From positions 96,001 through 160,000 of the forward strand of contig CAWDVE010000019.1 in NCBI GenBank assembly GCA_963805625.1: a DNA stretch of 64,000 bases. Reading direction: 5' to 3'. Position numbers and translations under genes: made by a program. The notes beneath the pieces were generated by a model. The model ran no database searches, was not told the DNA's origin, and saw only the letters and a program-made list of their open reading frames with translations. Origin of the DNA: an uncultured Candidatus Rokubacteria bacterium (lineage in GTDB: Bacteria; Methylomirabilota; Methylomirabilia; Rokubacteriales; DASRDR01). Shown here piece after piece: positions 39,572 through 48,949 of the stretch (positions within the stretch are counted from its first letter, which is position 1; the number at the start of each line of letters is the position of its first letter).

Positions 39572-41641
39572 GTGTCGCGACAGGCAGGTGACGACGTGGG
39601 ACGTTACCGGCTGGGGATCGACATCGGCGGCACCTTCACCGACTTCAGCCTCCTCGACGAGGCGACGGGCGAGCTCTCCGGCTTCAAGTCGCCCACCGTT
39701 CCCGGCGATCCCGGCCGCGGCGTCCTCGACGGGCTTCGCGCCCTGGTGACCGAGCGGGCGCTCGATCCCGTATCCATCGACTATCTGGTCCACGGCACCA
39801 CGATCGCCATCAACACCGTCATCCAGCGGAACGGGGCGGCGCTGGGGCTTCTGGCCACGGCCGGGTTCGGGGACGTGCTCGAGATCCAGCGGCTCCGCCT
39901 GGCGAGTCCGGTCAACTTCACGGCGACGCGTCCCGCCCCGCTCATCCCGCGCTACCGTGTGGGCGAGGTCACCGAGCGGATCCTGGCCGACGGCACCGTC
40001 GACACCGCGCTCGATCGCGAGGAGCTTCTGCGGGAGGCTACCCGGCTGGTCGAGAAGGAAGGCGCCGAGGCCCTCGTCGTCGCCTTCATCAACGCGTACC
40101 GGGCGCCGGCCCACGAGGCGGAGGCGCGCAAGGTCCTGGCCGAGCGCTTTCCCGGCCTTCCCGTGACCTGCTCGCACGAGGTGTGGCCCCAGATCCGGGA
40201 GTACGAGCGCACCATGGTCGCGGTCCTGAGCGCGTACGTGCGGCCCCGGGTGGAGCGCTACCTCGAGCATTTGGAGCGGGAGCTGGCCCGGACCGGAGTG
40301 CGGGTCCCCCTCTACATCACGAAATCCAACGGCGGCGTGACGACCGCGCGTGACGCCCGCCAGGCGACGGCCGAGACGATGCTGTCGGGCCCCGCCTCGG
40401 GTGTCATCGGGGCCGCGTCCGTCTGCATCCCGGCCGGGTACCGGAACCTGATCACGTTCGACATGGGCGGCACCAGCGCGGACATCGCGCTGGTGCGGGA
40501 CGGGCAGCCGGTGTACTCGACCGACGAGACGGTCGGCGACTTCCCGATCGTCATGCCGGTCGTCGGGGTCTCGTCGATCGGCGCGGGCGGGGGGTCGATC
40601 GCCTGGCTCGACTCCGTCGGCGTCCTCAAGGTCGGCCCGCGGAGCGCGGGCGCCGACCCCGGCCCGGCGTGCTATGGCCGCGGTGGAAGCGAGCCCACGC
40701 TCTCGGACGCGTTCCTGGCCTGCGGCTTCCTCAACCCCGACAACTTCGTCGGCGGCCGGCTCCGGCTCCACCCCGAGCGGGCGGCGGCCGCCCTCCGCCC
40801 CCTGGGCGAGGCGCTCGGCCTGGACGCGGACCTGACGGCCGAAGCGGTGGTCGAGGTCGCGACCGCGAACATGTACGCGGCGTTCTCCAACGTGCTCGCG
40901 CGCCACGGACTCGACCCCCGCGACTTCTGCCTGGTCGCCTTCGGGGGCGCCGGCCCCGTCGAGGCCTGCTTCCTGGCGGAGGAGTTCCACATCCCGCGCG
41001 TGATCGTGCCGCCGTCGCCGGGCACGCTCTGCGCCCAGGGGGCGATGACCGCCGACATCAAGAGCGACTACGTCCGGACGCTCCACCGGCGGCTGTCGGC
41101 AACCACGGGCAAGCTCCTCGCCGCCGAGTGCGCGGAGCTGTCCGCCCGGGCCCGGCGCTGGCTCGCCGAGGAGGCGCCGGCGGTCTCGGCGAGCGCGCTG
41201 TCCTACAGCGCCGACCTCCGCTATGTGGGCCAGGCGTTCCAGATCGAGGTGCCGATCGAGCCGGCCTGGCTCGAGGACGCCACCACCGACCGTCTGCGGG
41301 CGGCGTTCCACGACCTTCACGATCGGCTGTACGCGCACGCCGACCGCGCGGCTGACGTCGAGCTGATCGACCTCCGCGCCACGATCACGGGCCGAACGCC
41401 CAAGCCCGAGATGCGCGCGGTGCCGGCCGGCCACGGCCCGGCGACGCCGGCCGGCCGCCGCCCGATCCACTACCGGCGGCAGCGGCACGACGCTGCCATC
41501 TACCATCGGCGCGACCTCCGGGCCGGCCAGTATCTCGACGGGCCGGCGATCGTCGAGCAGGAGGACACCACCACGCTGGTCCCGGCCGACTTCCGCGCCA
41601 CCGTCGACGGGTTCGGGAACCTCGTCATCGAGGGCCGGTAG
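39572..41641 (+). CDS. Hydantoinase/oxoprolinase subunit A
   Basis: GIDIGGTFTD, HGTT, SGPASG, DMGGTS, GAGGGSI, GPRSAGADPGP. Confidence 0.93.
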   Translation: MSRQAGDDVGRYRLGIDIGGTFTDFSLLDEATGELSGFKSPTVPGDPGRGVLDGLRALVTERALDPVSIDYLVHGTTIAINTVIQRNGAALGLLATAGFGDVLEIQRLRLASPVNFTATRPAPLIPRYRVGEVTERILADGTVDTALDREELLREATRLVEKEGAEALVVAFINAYRAPAHEAEARKVLAERFPGLPVTCSHEVWPQIREYERTMVAVLSAYVRPRVERYLEHLERELARTGVRVPLYITKSNGGVTTARDARQATAETMLSGPASGVIGAASVCIPAGYRNLITFDMGGTSADIALVRDGQPVYSTDETVGDFPIVMPVVGVSSIGAGGGSIAWLDSVGVLKVGPRSAGADPGPACYGRGGSEPTLSDAFLACGFLNPDNFVGGRLRLHPERAAAALRPLGEALGLDADLTAEAVVEVATANMYAAFSNVLARHGLDPRDFCLVAFGGAGPVEACFLAEEFHIPRVIVPPSPGTLCAQGAMTADIKSDYVRTLHRRLSATTGKLLAAECAELSARARRWLAEEAPAVSASALSYSADLRYVGQAFQIEVPIEPAWLEDATTDRLRAAFHDLHDRLYAHADRAADVELIDLRATITGRTPKPEMRAVPAGHGPATPAGRRPIHYRRQRHDAAIYHRRDLRAGQYLDGPAIVEQEDTTTLVPADFRATVDGFGNLVIEGR

Positions 41642-41653
41642 GCCCAATAGATA

Positions 41654-43639
41654 ATGACCATCGACCGGGTCACCCTCGAGATCCTGCGGAACCACTACCA
41701 GGCCGTCGTCGAGGACATGGCGCGCATCATGGAGCGCACCGCCTACACGACGTTCGTCAAGGAGACGGCGGACTTCTCGACCGGCCTGGTCTCGACCGGC
41801 GGGGAGTACGTGGCCTATCCGTGGAACCTGGGGGCGTCGTCGTACCTCGGCCTCAACATGGCCCAGACGCTCGGCTACTTCGACCACTACGACGAGGGCG
41901 ACATCGTCATCTGCAACGACGCCTACCTGTCGGGGCCGCTGTGCACCCACCTGCCCGACGTCCACATCCTCCGCCCCATCTTCCACGGGGGCCGCATCAT
42001 CTGCTGGGGCTACGCCTTCGTGCACTCCTCCGACATGGGCGGCGCGGTGCCGGCCAGCGTGTGGCCGCGCGCCACCGAGATCTTCCAGGAGGGGCTCCGG
42101 CTCCGGCCCACGAAGCTCTATCGGGGCGGCGTGCTCCAGGAGGACGTCAAGAACCTCATCGGCGACAACTGCCGCATCCCCGACACGAACTGGGGCGACA
42201 TCAAGGCGATGGTGGCGGCGGTGAGCTCGTGCGATCGCCGCGTGCAGGAGATGGTGGAGAAGTTCGGGCTCGCCACGGTCGTGGAGGGGATCGACGCCGT
42301 CCTCGACTATGCGGAGCAGCGGGCGCGGGCGGCGATCCGGAAGATCCCCGACGGGACCTACCGCTTCACGGAGTACATGGAGGACGACCTCCGCTCGGAG
42401 GTGCCGATCCGCCTCCAGGTGAGCCTGACCATCGAGGGGGACTCGATCCATCTCGACTTCACGGGCACGGACCCCCAGGTGGGCTCGGCTCTCAACATCG
42501 CTAGCCACGGTGTGACGCACCCTTTCCTGTGCCAGGCGATCAACGCCTACCTGGTGACGGACGACCCCGGCATCCCCAAGGCCTCCAGCATCCTTCGGCC
42601 GGTGCGCGTGACGGCGCCTCCCGGCACCATCGTGAACGCCCAGTTCCCGGCGCCGATCGGCGTGCGCTACGGGACGGTCCTGCGGGTGTTCGACGCGGTG
42701 CTCGGGGCCTTGGCTCAGGCGCTTCCCGGGCAAGTTCCGGCGGCCCCGGCGGGCGCGATCTCTCCGGTGGTGGCCTCGATCCTCGATCTCCGGACCGGGC
42801 AGCGCCAGGTCCAGGTGGTGGAGCCCATGCTGGGCGGCGGCGGGGGTCGGCCGACCATGGACGGGCTGGGCGGCGCCGATTCGACGTCGGGCTTCCTCAG
42901 GAACACGCCGGTGGAGAGCATCGAGGCCGAGGTGCCGATCGTCATGCGGCGCTACCATCTGATGCCGGACACGGGGGGCGCGGGGGAGCACCGGGGCGGG
43001 CTCGCCGTTCGCCTCGACTTCCAGGTGTTCCACCCGCACGCCATCGTGACGGCGCGGGGGATGGAGCGCTTCCGCCTGGAACCCTGGGGCGTCGCCGGCG
43101 GCCGCGCCGGCACCGCGGGCAGCTGCGTCGTCAACCGCGACACGCCGCGGGCGCGCGACATCGGCAAGGTCGACGTGCTCCACCTCGAGCCCGGTGACGT
43201 GGTGAGCATCTTCTCGCCCAGCGGCGGGGGCCATGGCGACCCGCGCCGGCGGGACCCCGCGCGGGTGCGTGACGACGTGCGGGCCGGCTGTCTGAGCGTG
43301 GAGCGGGCCCGGGAGGCGTACGGCGTGGCGATCGTGGCCGGCGAGGTCGACACGGCGGCGACCGCCCGGCGCCGCGCGACCATGGCGCCGCCTCCGGCCG
43401 GCGAATTCGACTTCGGCGCCCGGCGCGCCGAGATGGAGCGCCGCTGGCCGCCGGCGATCCAGGACGCCGCCGCGCGGGTCCTGGACCGGGTGCCGGCAGC
43501 GGTGCGCGACTGGGGCAAGCACCAGATCTACGATCGGATCCAGGCGATCGCGGCTGAGCGCCCGCCCACGCCGGCCGATGTCGACACGGTCTGGGCCGAC
43601 ATCCGGGCGCGCCTGACGCGCGCGCTCGGCGAGACGTGA
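41654..43639 (+). CDS. Hydantoinase B/oxoprolinase subunit B
   Basis: NDAY, THLPD, HSSDMGG, EIFQEG, NTPVESIE, GGGHGDP. Confidence 0.93.
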   Translation: MTIDRVTLEILRNHYQAVVEDMARIMERTAYTTFVKETADFSTGLVSTGGEYVAYPWNLGASSYLGLNMAQTLGYFDHYDEGDIVICNDAYLSGPLCTHLPDVHILRPIFHGGRIICWGYAFVHSSDMGGAVPASVWPRATEIFQEGLRLRPTKLYRGGVLQEDVKNLIGDNCRIPDTNWGDIKAMVAAVSSCDRRVQEMVEKFGLATVVEGIDAVLDYAEQRARAAIRKIPDGTYRFTEYMEDDLRSEVPIRLQVSLTIEGDSIHLDFTGTDPQVGSALNIASHGVTHPFLCQAINAYLVTDDPGIPKASSILRPVRVTAPPGTIVNAQFPAPIGVRYGTVLRVFDAVLGALAQALPGQVPAAPAGAISPVVASILDLRTGQRQVQVVEPMLGGGGGRPTMDGLGGADSTSGFLRNTPVESIEAEVPIVMRRYHLMPDTGGAGEHRGGLAVRLDFQVFHPHAIVTARGMERFRLEPWGVAGGRAGTAGSCVVNRDTPRARDIGKVDVLHLEPGDVVSIFSPSGGGHGDPRRRDPARVRDDVRAGCLSVERAREAYGVAIVAGEVDTAATARRRATMAPPPAGEFDFGARRAEMERRWPPAIQDAAARVLDRVPAAVRDWGKHQIYDRIQAIAAERPPTPADVDTVWADIRARLTRALGET

Positions 43640-43707
43640 CGGGCCAGGTGACCTTCCGCCACCACACGGACGAGGCCAACATTCGCCAAGACTCGGTGGA
43701 GGTGAAC

Positions 43708-44910
43708 ATGAAGACGCGGGCACGCTTCCTCGCGATCCTCGGACTGGCCGTGCTGACACTGACCCTCGGGGCCGCGTCGGCCGGGGCCGACAACCTGCAA
43801 GGGATCAGCGACACCACCATCAAGATCGGCAACATCGGACCGTACACGGGCGATGCCTCGAGCTTCAGCGCGCTGAACTACGGGCCGATGGCGTACTTCC
43901 GGTACGTCAACAGCCAGGGCGGCGTTCACGGCCGGAAGTTCGAGATCGTCACCGCCGACGACGCCTGCAAGGAGACGACCGGCATCGCGGCGGCCAAGAA
44001 GCTCATCTACCAGGACAAGGTGTTCATGCTCCTGGTGCACCCTTGCAGCGGGGTCGCGATGGCGGCCAAGCCGACGGTCGTCGAGGAAGGGCTGCCCTGG
44101 ATCGGGGTCTCGGCCAACCCGAAGCTGACGACGCCGACCGTCCCCAACATGTTCCACGTCACGTACACCGGCATCTACTCGGGCCGGGCCATGGCCCGGT
44201 TCGCGCTGTCCAAGCCCAACGCCAAGAAGGTCGTCCTGGTCGCCCACACCAACGACTGGGCCAAGGGCTATTGCGACCCCGCCACGGAGTTCATGAAGGA
44301 GCAGGGCGTCGAGCCCCTGATGAACCTGGCCCTCGAGCGGGGCTCGACCGACGCGACCGCCCAGTCGCTCCGGATCAAGACCGCCAACGCGGACTTCGTC
44401 CTCGGCTGTCTCTACGAGGCGGAGCTGGCGATCCTCCTGCGGGACCTCCACAAGTACGGGGCCACGGTGCCGGTCATCGGCGCGCTGGGGGCCGACTTCG
44501 AGAGCACCCACAAGCGCGTGAACAACCCGGCCGCGGTGAAGAACTTTTACCTGCCGTACCAGTTCAAGGCCCCGATGGGCAGCCCGGAGATGAAGAAGTG
44601 GGAAGAGATGTTCGTGAAGTACCTGGAGAAGAGCGAGCTGCCCGAGAACGGGATCCCGACCAACTTCTACTACTTCGGGCTGCCGACCGCCATCGCCACC
44701 GTCGAGGCGTTCAAGCGGGCCGGCCCCCAGCCGTCGCGCGAGAAGTTCATCGCGGCGATGGAGACCCTGAAGGACTTCGACACCGGCGTGCTGGCGGACA
44801 AGGTGACGATCACCCGCGAGAACCACGTCGGCGTCCAGAACATGTACGCGGTCGGCCTGAACGAGCAGGGCAAGCAGACGGTGTTCTCGGCCTGGGGGAA
44901 GCCGCAGTAG
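43708..44910 (+). CDS. Branched-chain-type ABC substrate-binding protein
   Basis: Signal peptide; QGISDTTIKIG; GGVHGRK; GGAGG RBS. Confidence 0.9.
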   Translation: MKTRARFLAILGLAVLTLTLGAASAGADNLQGISDTTIKIGNIGPYTGDASSFSALNYGPMAYFRYVNSQGGVHGRKFEIVTADDACKETTGIAAAKKLIYQDKVFMLLVHPCSGVAMAAKPTVVEEGLPWIGVSANPKLTTPTVPNMFHVTYTGIYSGRAMARFALSKPNAKKVVLVAHTNDWAKGYCDPATEFMKEQGVEPLMNLALERGSTDATAQSLRIKTANADFVLGCLYEAELAILLRDLHKYGATVPVIGALGADFESTHKRVNNPAAVKNFYLPYQFKAPMGSPEMKKWEEMFVKYLEKSELPENGIPTNFYYFGLPTAIATVEAFKRAGPQPSREKFIAAMETLKDFDTGVLADKVTITRENHVGVQNMYAVGLNEQGKQTVFSAWGKPQ

Positions 44911-44948
44911 CGAGCGGATCGCGGCAAGGCTGACACCCGGCGATCGCC

Positions 44949-45818
44949 GTGCTGCCGCAGCTCGTCGTGAGCGGCCTCGCCCAGGGGGTGGTCTACGCCC
45001 TCGTCGCACTGTCCATGACCATGGTCTACCGGGCCACGACGGTCGTGAACTTCGGCCACGGAGACCTGGTCATGGGCGGCGCGTTCGTCGTCTACGTGCT
45101 CGTCGTCTACGCGCGCCTGCCGTACCTCCTCGGCGGCCTCCTGGCGCTCGCGATCCTGTTCGGCCTGGGCATGGCGCTCCACCAGGGGCTCATGCGGCGA
45201 ATCATGTCCGGCCCCCACCTCGCGATCGCCATGATGGCGCTCGCGGTGGGATACGCCCTCCGCGGCGGGGCGCGGATGCTATGGGGCAGGGAGGTGCTGC
45301 CGTTCCCGCGGATCTTCCCGGACCACGCGTGGGCCTTCGGGGACGTCGTGGTGACCAGCGACAACCTGATCGTCTCCGGCACGGTGCTCGGTCTCATGGC
45401 CGTGCTCTTCGTGCTGTTCAACGTCACGCGCACCGGGCGCCTGCTCCGGGCCGTCTTCCAGAGCCAGCGGGGCGCCGCGCTGGTCGGGCTGAACGTCGAC
45501 GCCGTGCACCGCCTCATGTGGGGCGCCGGGGCCGCCCTGGCGGCGCTCGGGGGCGTGCTGCTCGCGCCGATCACGCTTCTCTACCCCGACATGGGGGTGT
45601 GGGTGCTGGTCCGGGGATTCGCGGCCATGACGCTCGGGGGCTTCGGCACGCTCCACGGCGCCGTGCTGGGTGGGCTGGTCCTGGGCGTGGTGGAGCTGGT
45701 GCTCGGCGCATACGTGTCGACCGCGTTCATCGACATCTCGGCCTACGTGGTCGTGATTGCCGTCCTCCTGCTTCGTCCAGACGGGCTGTTCGGCCGGCAG
45801 GTGGTCGTCCGGGTCTGA
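44949..45818 (+). CDS. Branched-chain ABC permease (LivH-like)
   Basis: VVNFGHG, LGGFG, RPDGLFG. Confidence 0.9.
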   Translation: MLPQLVVSGLAQGVVYALVALSMTMVYRATTVVNFGHGDLVMGGAFVVYVLVVYARLPYLLGGLLALAILFGLGMALHQGLMRRIMSGPHLAIAMMALAVGYALRGGARMLWGREVLPFPRIFPDHAWAFGDVVVTSDNLIVSGTVLGLMAVLFVLFNVTRTGRLLRAVFQSQRGAALVGLNVDAVHRLMWGAGAALAALGGVLLAPITLLYPDMGVWVLVRGFAAMTLGGFGTLHGAVLGGLVLGVVELVLGAYVSTAFIDISAYVVVIAVLLLRPDGLFGRQVVVRV

Positions 45819-45825
45819 CCGGCGG

Positions 45826-46809
45826 ATGCCCGGCGCGGCGCCCGCTTCGCTCGTGACGCGCCCGGCTCTCGGGCGCTGGATCTTCCTGCTCGTCCCTCTG
45901 CTCGTCCTGCCCGTTCCGTTCCTCGTGAACCGCTACATCCAGTACGTCCTCAACCTGATCCTCGTGTACGTCTTCGTCGGCGTCGGCTTCAACATCGTCA
46001 TTGGCAACCTCGGGCAGCTGGCCTTCGCGAACGTCGCGCTCTTCGGCCTGGGCGCGTATGCGTCCGGCATCCTCGTCGTCCACGCGGGCTGGCCGTGGTG
46101 GACCACCGTCCTCCCCGCGGGGCTGGTCGGCGCCCTCGCCGGCGCCCTGGCCAGCTTGCCCGCCCTCCGCCGGATCCGGCTCTTCTACCTGGCGATCATG
46201 ACGATGGCATTCGGGGAGCTGATGCGGTGGATCTACATCCGGGCCGAGCCCTTGACCAACGGCTCGATGGGCCTGGCGGTGCCGCCCCCGGTGCTGCTCG
46301 GCGTGCGCCTGGCGAGCGACCGCAGCAAGTTCTACGTGTTCCTCGCGCTGACGGTGCTCGTCGTCGCGCTCACCTCGAGCCTGCTCCGCTCGCGGTTCGG
46401 CCGGGCGTTCATGGCGATCCGGGACAACGAGCTCGCGGCGGCGGCGGTGGGGATCCCGACCGACCGCTACTTCGTCCTCGCGTTCGCCTGGAGCGGGTTC
46501 GTGGTCGGCCTGGGGGGCGCTATGTACACGGCGCTGGTTGGCCACGTCACGCCGGAGGCGTTCAACCTGCTCGAGCTGATCCTCCACTTCGCCGTGGTGA
46601 TGGTCGGCGGGCTGGCCAGCCTGGCCGGCTCGGTGATCGGCGCCGTCGTGCTCACCACGACGCCCGAGCTGTTCCGGAGCTTCCCCGGGATCCAGGAGCT
46701 GGTGCTCGCGCTCTTGATCATCGTCGTCCTCCTGTGCCTGCCCCGCGGGCTCGTGAGCCTGCTCGCCCGGCGCCTGCCGCTGTTCCGCGAGCGGTACTAC
46801 CGGGAGTAG
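45826..46809 (+). CDS. Branched-chain ABC permease (LivM-like)
   Basis: GNLGQLAFA, AIRDNELAA, PRGL. Confidence 0.9.
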   Translation: MPGAAPASLVTRPALGRWIFLLVPLLVLPVPFLVNRYIQYVLNLILVYVFVGVGFNIVIGNLGQLAFANVALFGLGAYASGILVVHAGWPWWTTVLPAGLVGALAGALASLPALRRIRLFYLAIMTMAFGELMRWIYIRAEPLTNGSMGLAVPPPVLLGVRLASDRSKFYVFLALTVLVVALTSSLLRSRFGRAFMAIRDNELAAAAVGIPTDRYFVLAFAWSGFVVGLGGAMYTALVGHVTPEAFNLLELILHFAVVMVGGLASLAGSVIGAVVLTTTPELFRSFPGIQELVLALLIIVVLLCLPRGLVSLLARRLPLFRERYYRE

Positions 46810-46811
46810 CG

Positions 46812-47570
46812 GTGGCGCTCCTCGATCTGGCCGGCATCACCGTGCGCTACGGCGGGCTCACCGCGGTCGCGGGGGTCTCGTTCCGCGTCGAGCCCGGCGA
46901 GGTGCGGGCCATCATCGGGCCGAACGGCGCCGGCAAGACGTCGCTGTTCAATGCGGTGACCGGGCACGCGCCGCTGAGCGCGGGGGCGATCAGCTTTCGG
47001 GGCGTCCGGATCGACGGCCTGGCCCCGCACGTGGTGTCGACGAAGGGCGTTCGCCGGACGTTCCAGAACGGGGGACTCTTCGGCGAGCTGACCGCGCTGG
47101 AGAACGTGCTGGCCGGCCTTCACACGGAGGTGCCAAGCAGCTTCTTCGGCGTCCTGTTCGGGCTGCCGGCGGCGCGGGCGGTCGAGCGGGCGGCCACCGC
47201 CCGGGCCCGCCAGCTGCTCGACCTGATGGGCATCGGGCACCTCGCGGACCAGCCGGCCCGGGACCTGTCGGGCGGCCAGCAGCGGATGGTCGAGATCGTG
47301 CGCGCGCTGGCGACGCGCCCGCCGCTGCTTCTCCTCGACGAGCCGGCGGTCGGGCTGGCGCCGGCCGTGCGCGAGCATCTGCTCGGCGTCATCCGCCGGC
47401 TCGTGCGCGAGGAGGGGATCGCGGTCATCGTGATCGAGCATGCCATCGAGTTCGTGATGAGCGTGTCGGATTCGATCGTGGTCCTCAACGAGGGCAAGGT
47501 CATCGCCGAGGGGACCCCGTCGGAGGTGCGGAAGAACCGCGAGGTGCTGGAGGCCTATCTTGGGCACTAG
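46812..47570 (+). CDS. ABC ATP-binding protein (LivG-like)
   Basis: GPNGAGKT, LSGGQQR, LLDEPAVG, EAYLG. Confidence 0.9.
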   Translation: MALLDLAGITVRYGGLTAVAGVSFRVEPGEVRAIIGPNGAGKTSLFNAVTGHAPLSAGAISFRGVRIDGLAPHVVSTKGVRRTFQNGGLFGELTALENVLAGLHTEVPSSFFGVLFGLPAARAVERAATARARQLLDLMGIGHLADQPARDLSGGQQRMVEIVRALATRPPLLLLDEPAVGLAPAVREHLLGVIRRLVREEGIAVIVIEHAIEFVMSVSDSIVVLNEGKVIAEGTPSEVRKNREVLEAYLGH

Positions 47571-47577
47571 TGGGGCC

Positions 47578-48339
47578 ATGAGCGGGGCCACGGGCGGAGA
47601 CAACGAGGCGTGGGCTGACCGGGCCACGAGCGATGAGCGGCCGGTCTTGGCCGTCGAGGGCCTGGTGGCCGGCTACGGGCCCATCCGGGTCCTGCGGGGT
47701 GTGGACTTCCTGGTGCGCCGGGGCGAGGTCGTCGCCCTGCTCGGGGCGAACGGGAGCGGCAAATCGACCGCACTCAACACGATCAGCGGCTTCATCCGGC
47801 CGATGGCGGGCCGGATCCGGCTAGACGGCCAGGAGATTGCGGGCCGCCAGCCTCACTGGACCTTCCGGCGCGGTATCGTGCAGGTGTCCCAGGGCCGGGA
47901 TCTATTTCCCGACATGTCGGTCGAAGACAACCTCACGCTCGGGGCCGCGGTGCGTGGCGACGTCCAGACGGGCCTCCCGCGGACCTACGAGCTGTTCCCA
48001 CGCCTGGCGGCCCGCCAGCGCCAGAGCGTGCGCTCGCTGTCCGGAGGCGAGCAGCAGATGGTGGCGATCGGCCGGGCGCTGATGAGCGACCCGCGGCTCC
48101 TGCTCCTCGACGAGCCGTCGGGTGGCCTCGCCCCGGTGTTCGTCGCGGAGATCGGGCGCATCGTCGAGCGCCTCAAGGCGGCCGGGACGACGGTGCTGAT
48201 GGTCGAGCAGAACGTCCGGCTGGCCTTCGCCGTCGCGGACCGGTTCGTCGCGCTCCGCGACGGCGTGGTGCTGGCTCACGGGCCGGTGAGCGACCTCCGC
48301 GGCGCGTACGAGGACCTCGTGCGCCGCATCTACCTGTAG
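47578..48339 (+). CDS. ABC ATP-binding protein (LivF-like)
   Basis: GANGSGKS, LSGGEQQM, LLDEPSGGLAP, VEQN. Confidence 0.9.
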   Translation: MSGATGGDNEAWADRATSDERPVLAVEGLVAGYGPIRVLRGVDFLVRRGEVVALLGANGSGKSTALNTISGFIRPMAGRIRLDGQEIAGRQPHWTFRRGIVQVSQGRDLFPDMSVEDNLTLGAAVRGDVQTGLPRTYELFPRLAARQRQSVRSLSGGEQQMVAIGRALMSDPRLLLLDEPSGGLAPVFVAEIGRIVERLKAAGTTVLMVEQNVRLAFAVADRFVALRDGVVLAHGPVSDLRGAYEDLVRRIYL

Positions 48340-48345
48340 CGAGGC

Positions 48346-48882
48346 GTGCGACCGATGCCCTCGAGTTCCGAGGCCGACAACGAGTACCGTGTGCGCCCGG
48401 CCACGCTGGACGACATCCCGGTCCTCGCGTACCAGCGATGCGCGATGTTCGTGGCGACGGGGGCGATCGATCGCGAGGCCACCGCGGAGCTCGATGCGGC
48501 CGAGCGCCGGTATCTCGCCCAGGCTATGCCCGCCGGCACCTTCGTGGCCTGGCTGGTGGAGCACGGGGGCCGGATCGTAGCGGGCGGGGGTCTCCAGATC
48601 CGCACGCTCCAGCCGAGGCCGGGGTTCGTGCGGGGGGAGCCCGAAGGGCTCGTGGTGAGCATGTGGACCGAGCCGTCGCATCGCAGGCAGGGCCTGGGGA
48701 ACCGGGTCATGGACGCCATCCTCCAGTGGTGTCGGACCCGCCGGGTCCGGCGGCTGACGCTTCACGCGTCTCCCGAGGGGCGGCCGCTGTACGAGCGCTT
48801 CGGCTTCCGGCCGACAAACGAGATGCGCCTGGAGCTTGACCTGAGCGACGCGCTCGGCGGCGAGACGAGGCGCCAGCCATGA
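48346..48882 (+). CDS. GNAT family N-acetyltransferase
   Basis: MWTEPSHRRQGLG, LHASPEGRPLYERFGF. Confidence 0.88.
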   Translation: MRPMPSSSEADNEYRVRPATLDDIPVLAYQRCAMFVATGAIDREATAELDAAERRYLAQAMPAGTFVAWLVEHGGRIVAGGGLQIRTLQPRPGFVRGEPEGLVVSMWTEPSHRRQGLGNRVMDAILQWCRTRRVRRLTLHASPEGRPLYERFGFRPTNEMRLELDLSDALGGETRRQP

Positions 48883-48949
48883 GCCCGCGACGGTCGATCG
48901 GTCATCGCCCGATGTCTCACCCGTGGCGAGGGACGGGAGGTCCGGATCT

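Noticed and set aside
39512-43759. 1415-aa minus-strand ORF and similar long antisense ORFs (e.g. 929-2524, 33005-35233, 51878-53806)
   Set aside because: Shadow ORFs of real genes caused by high GC3; no motifs.
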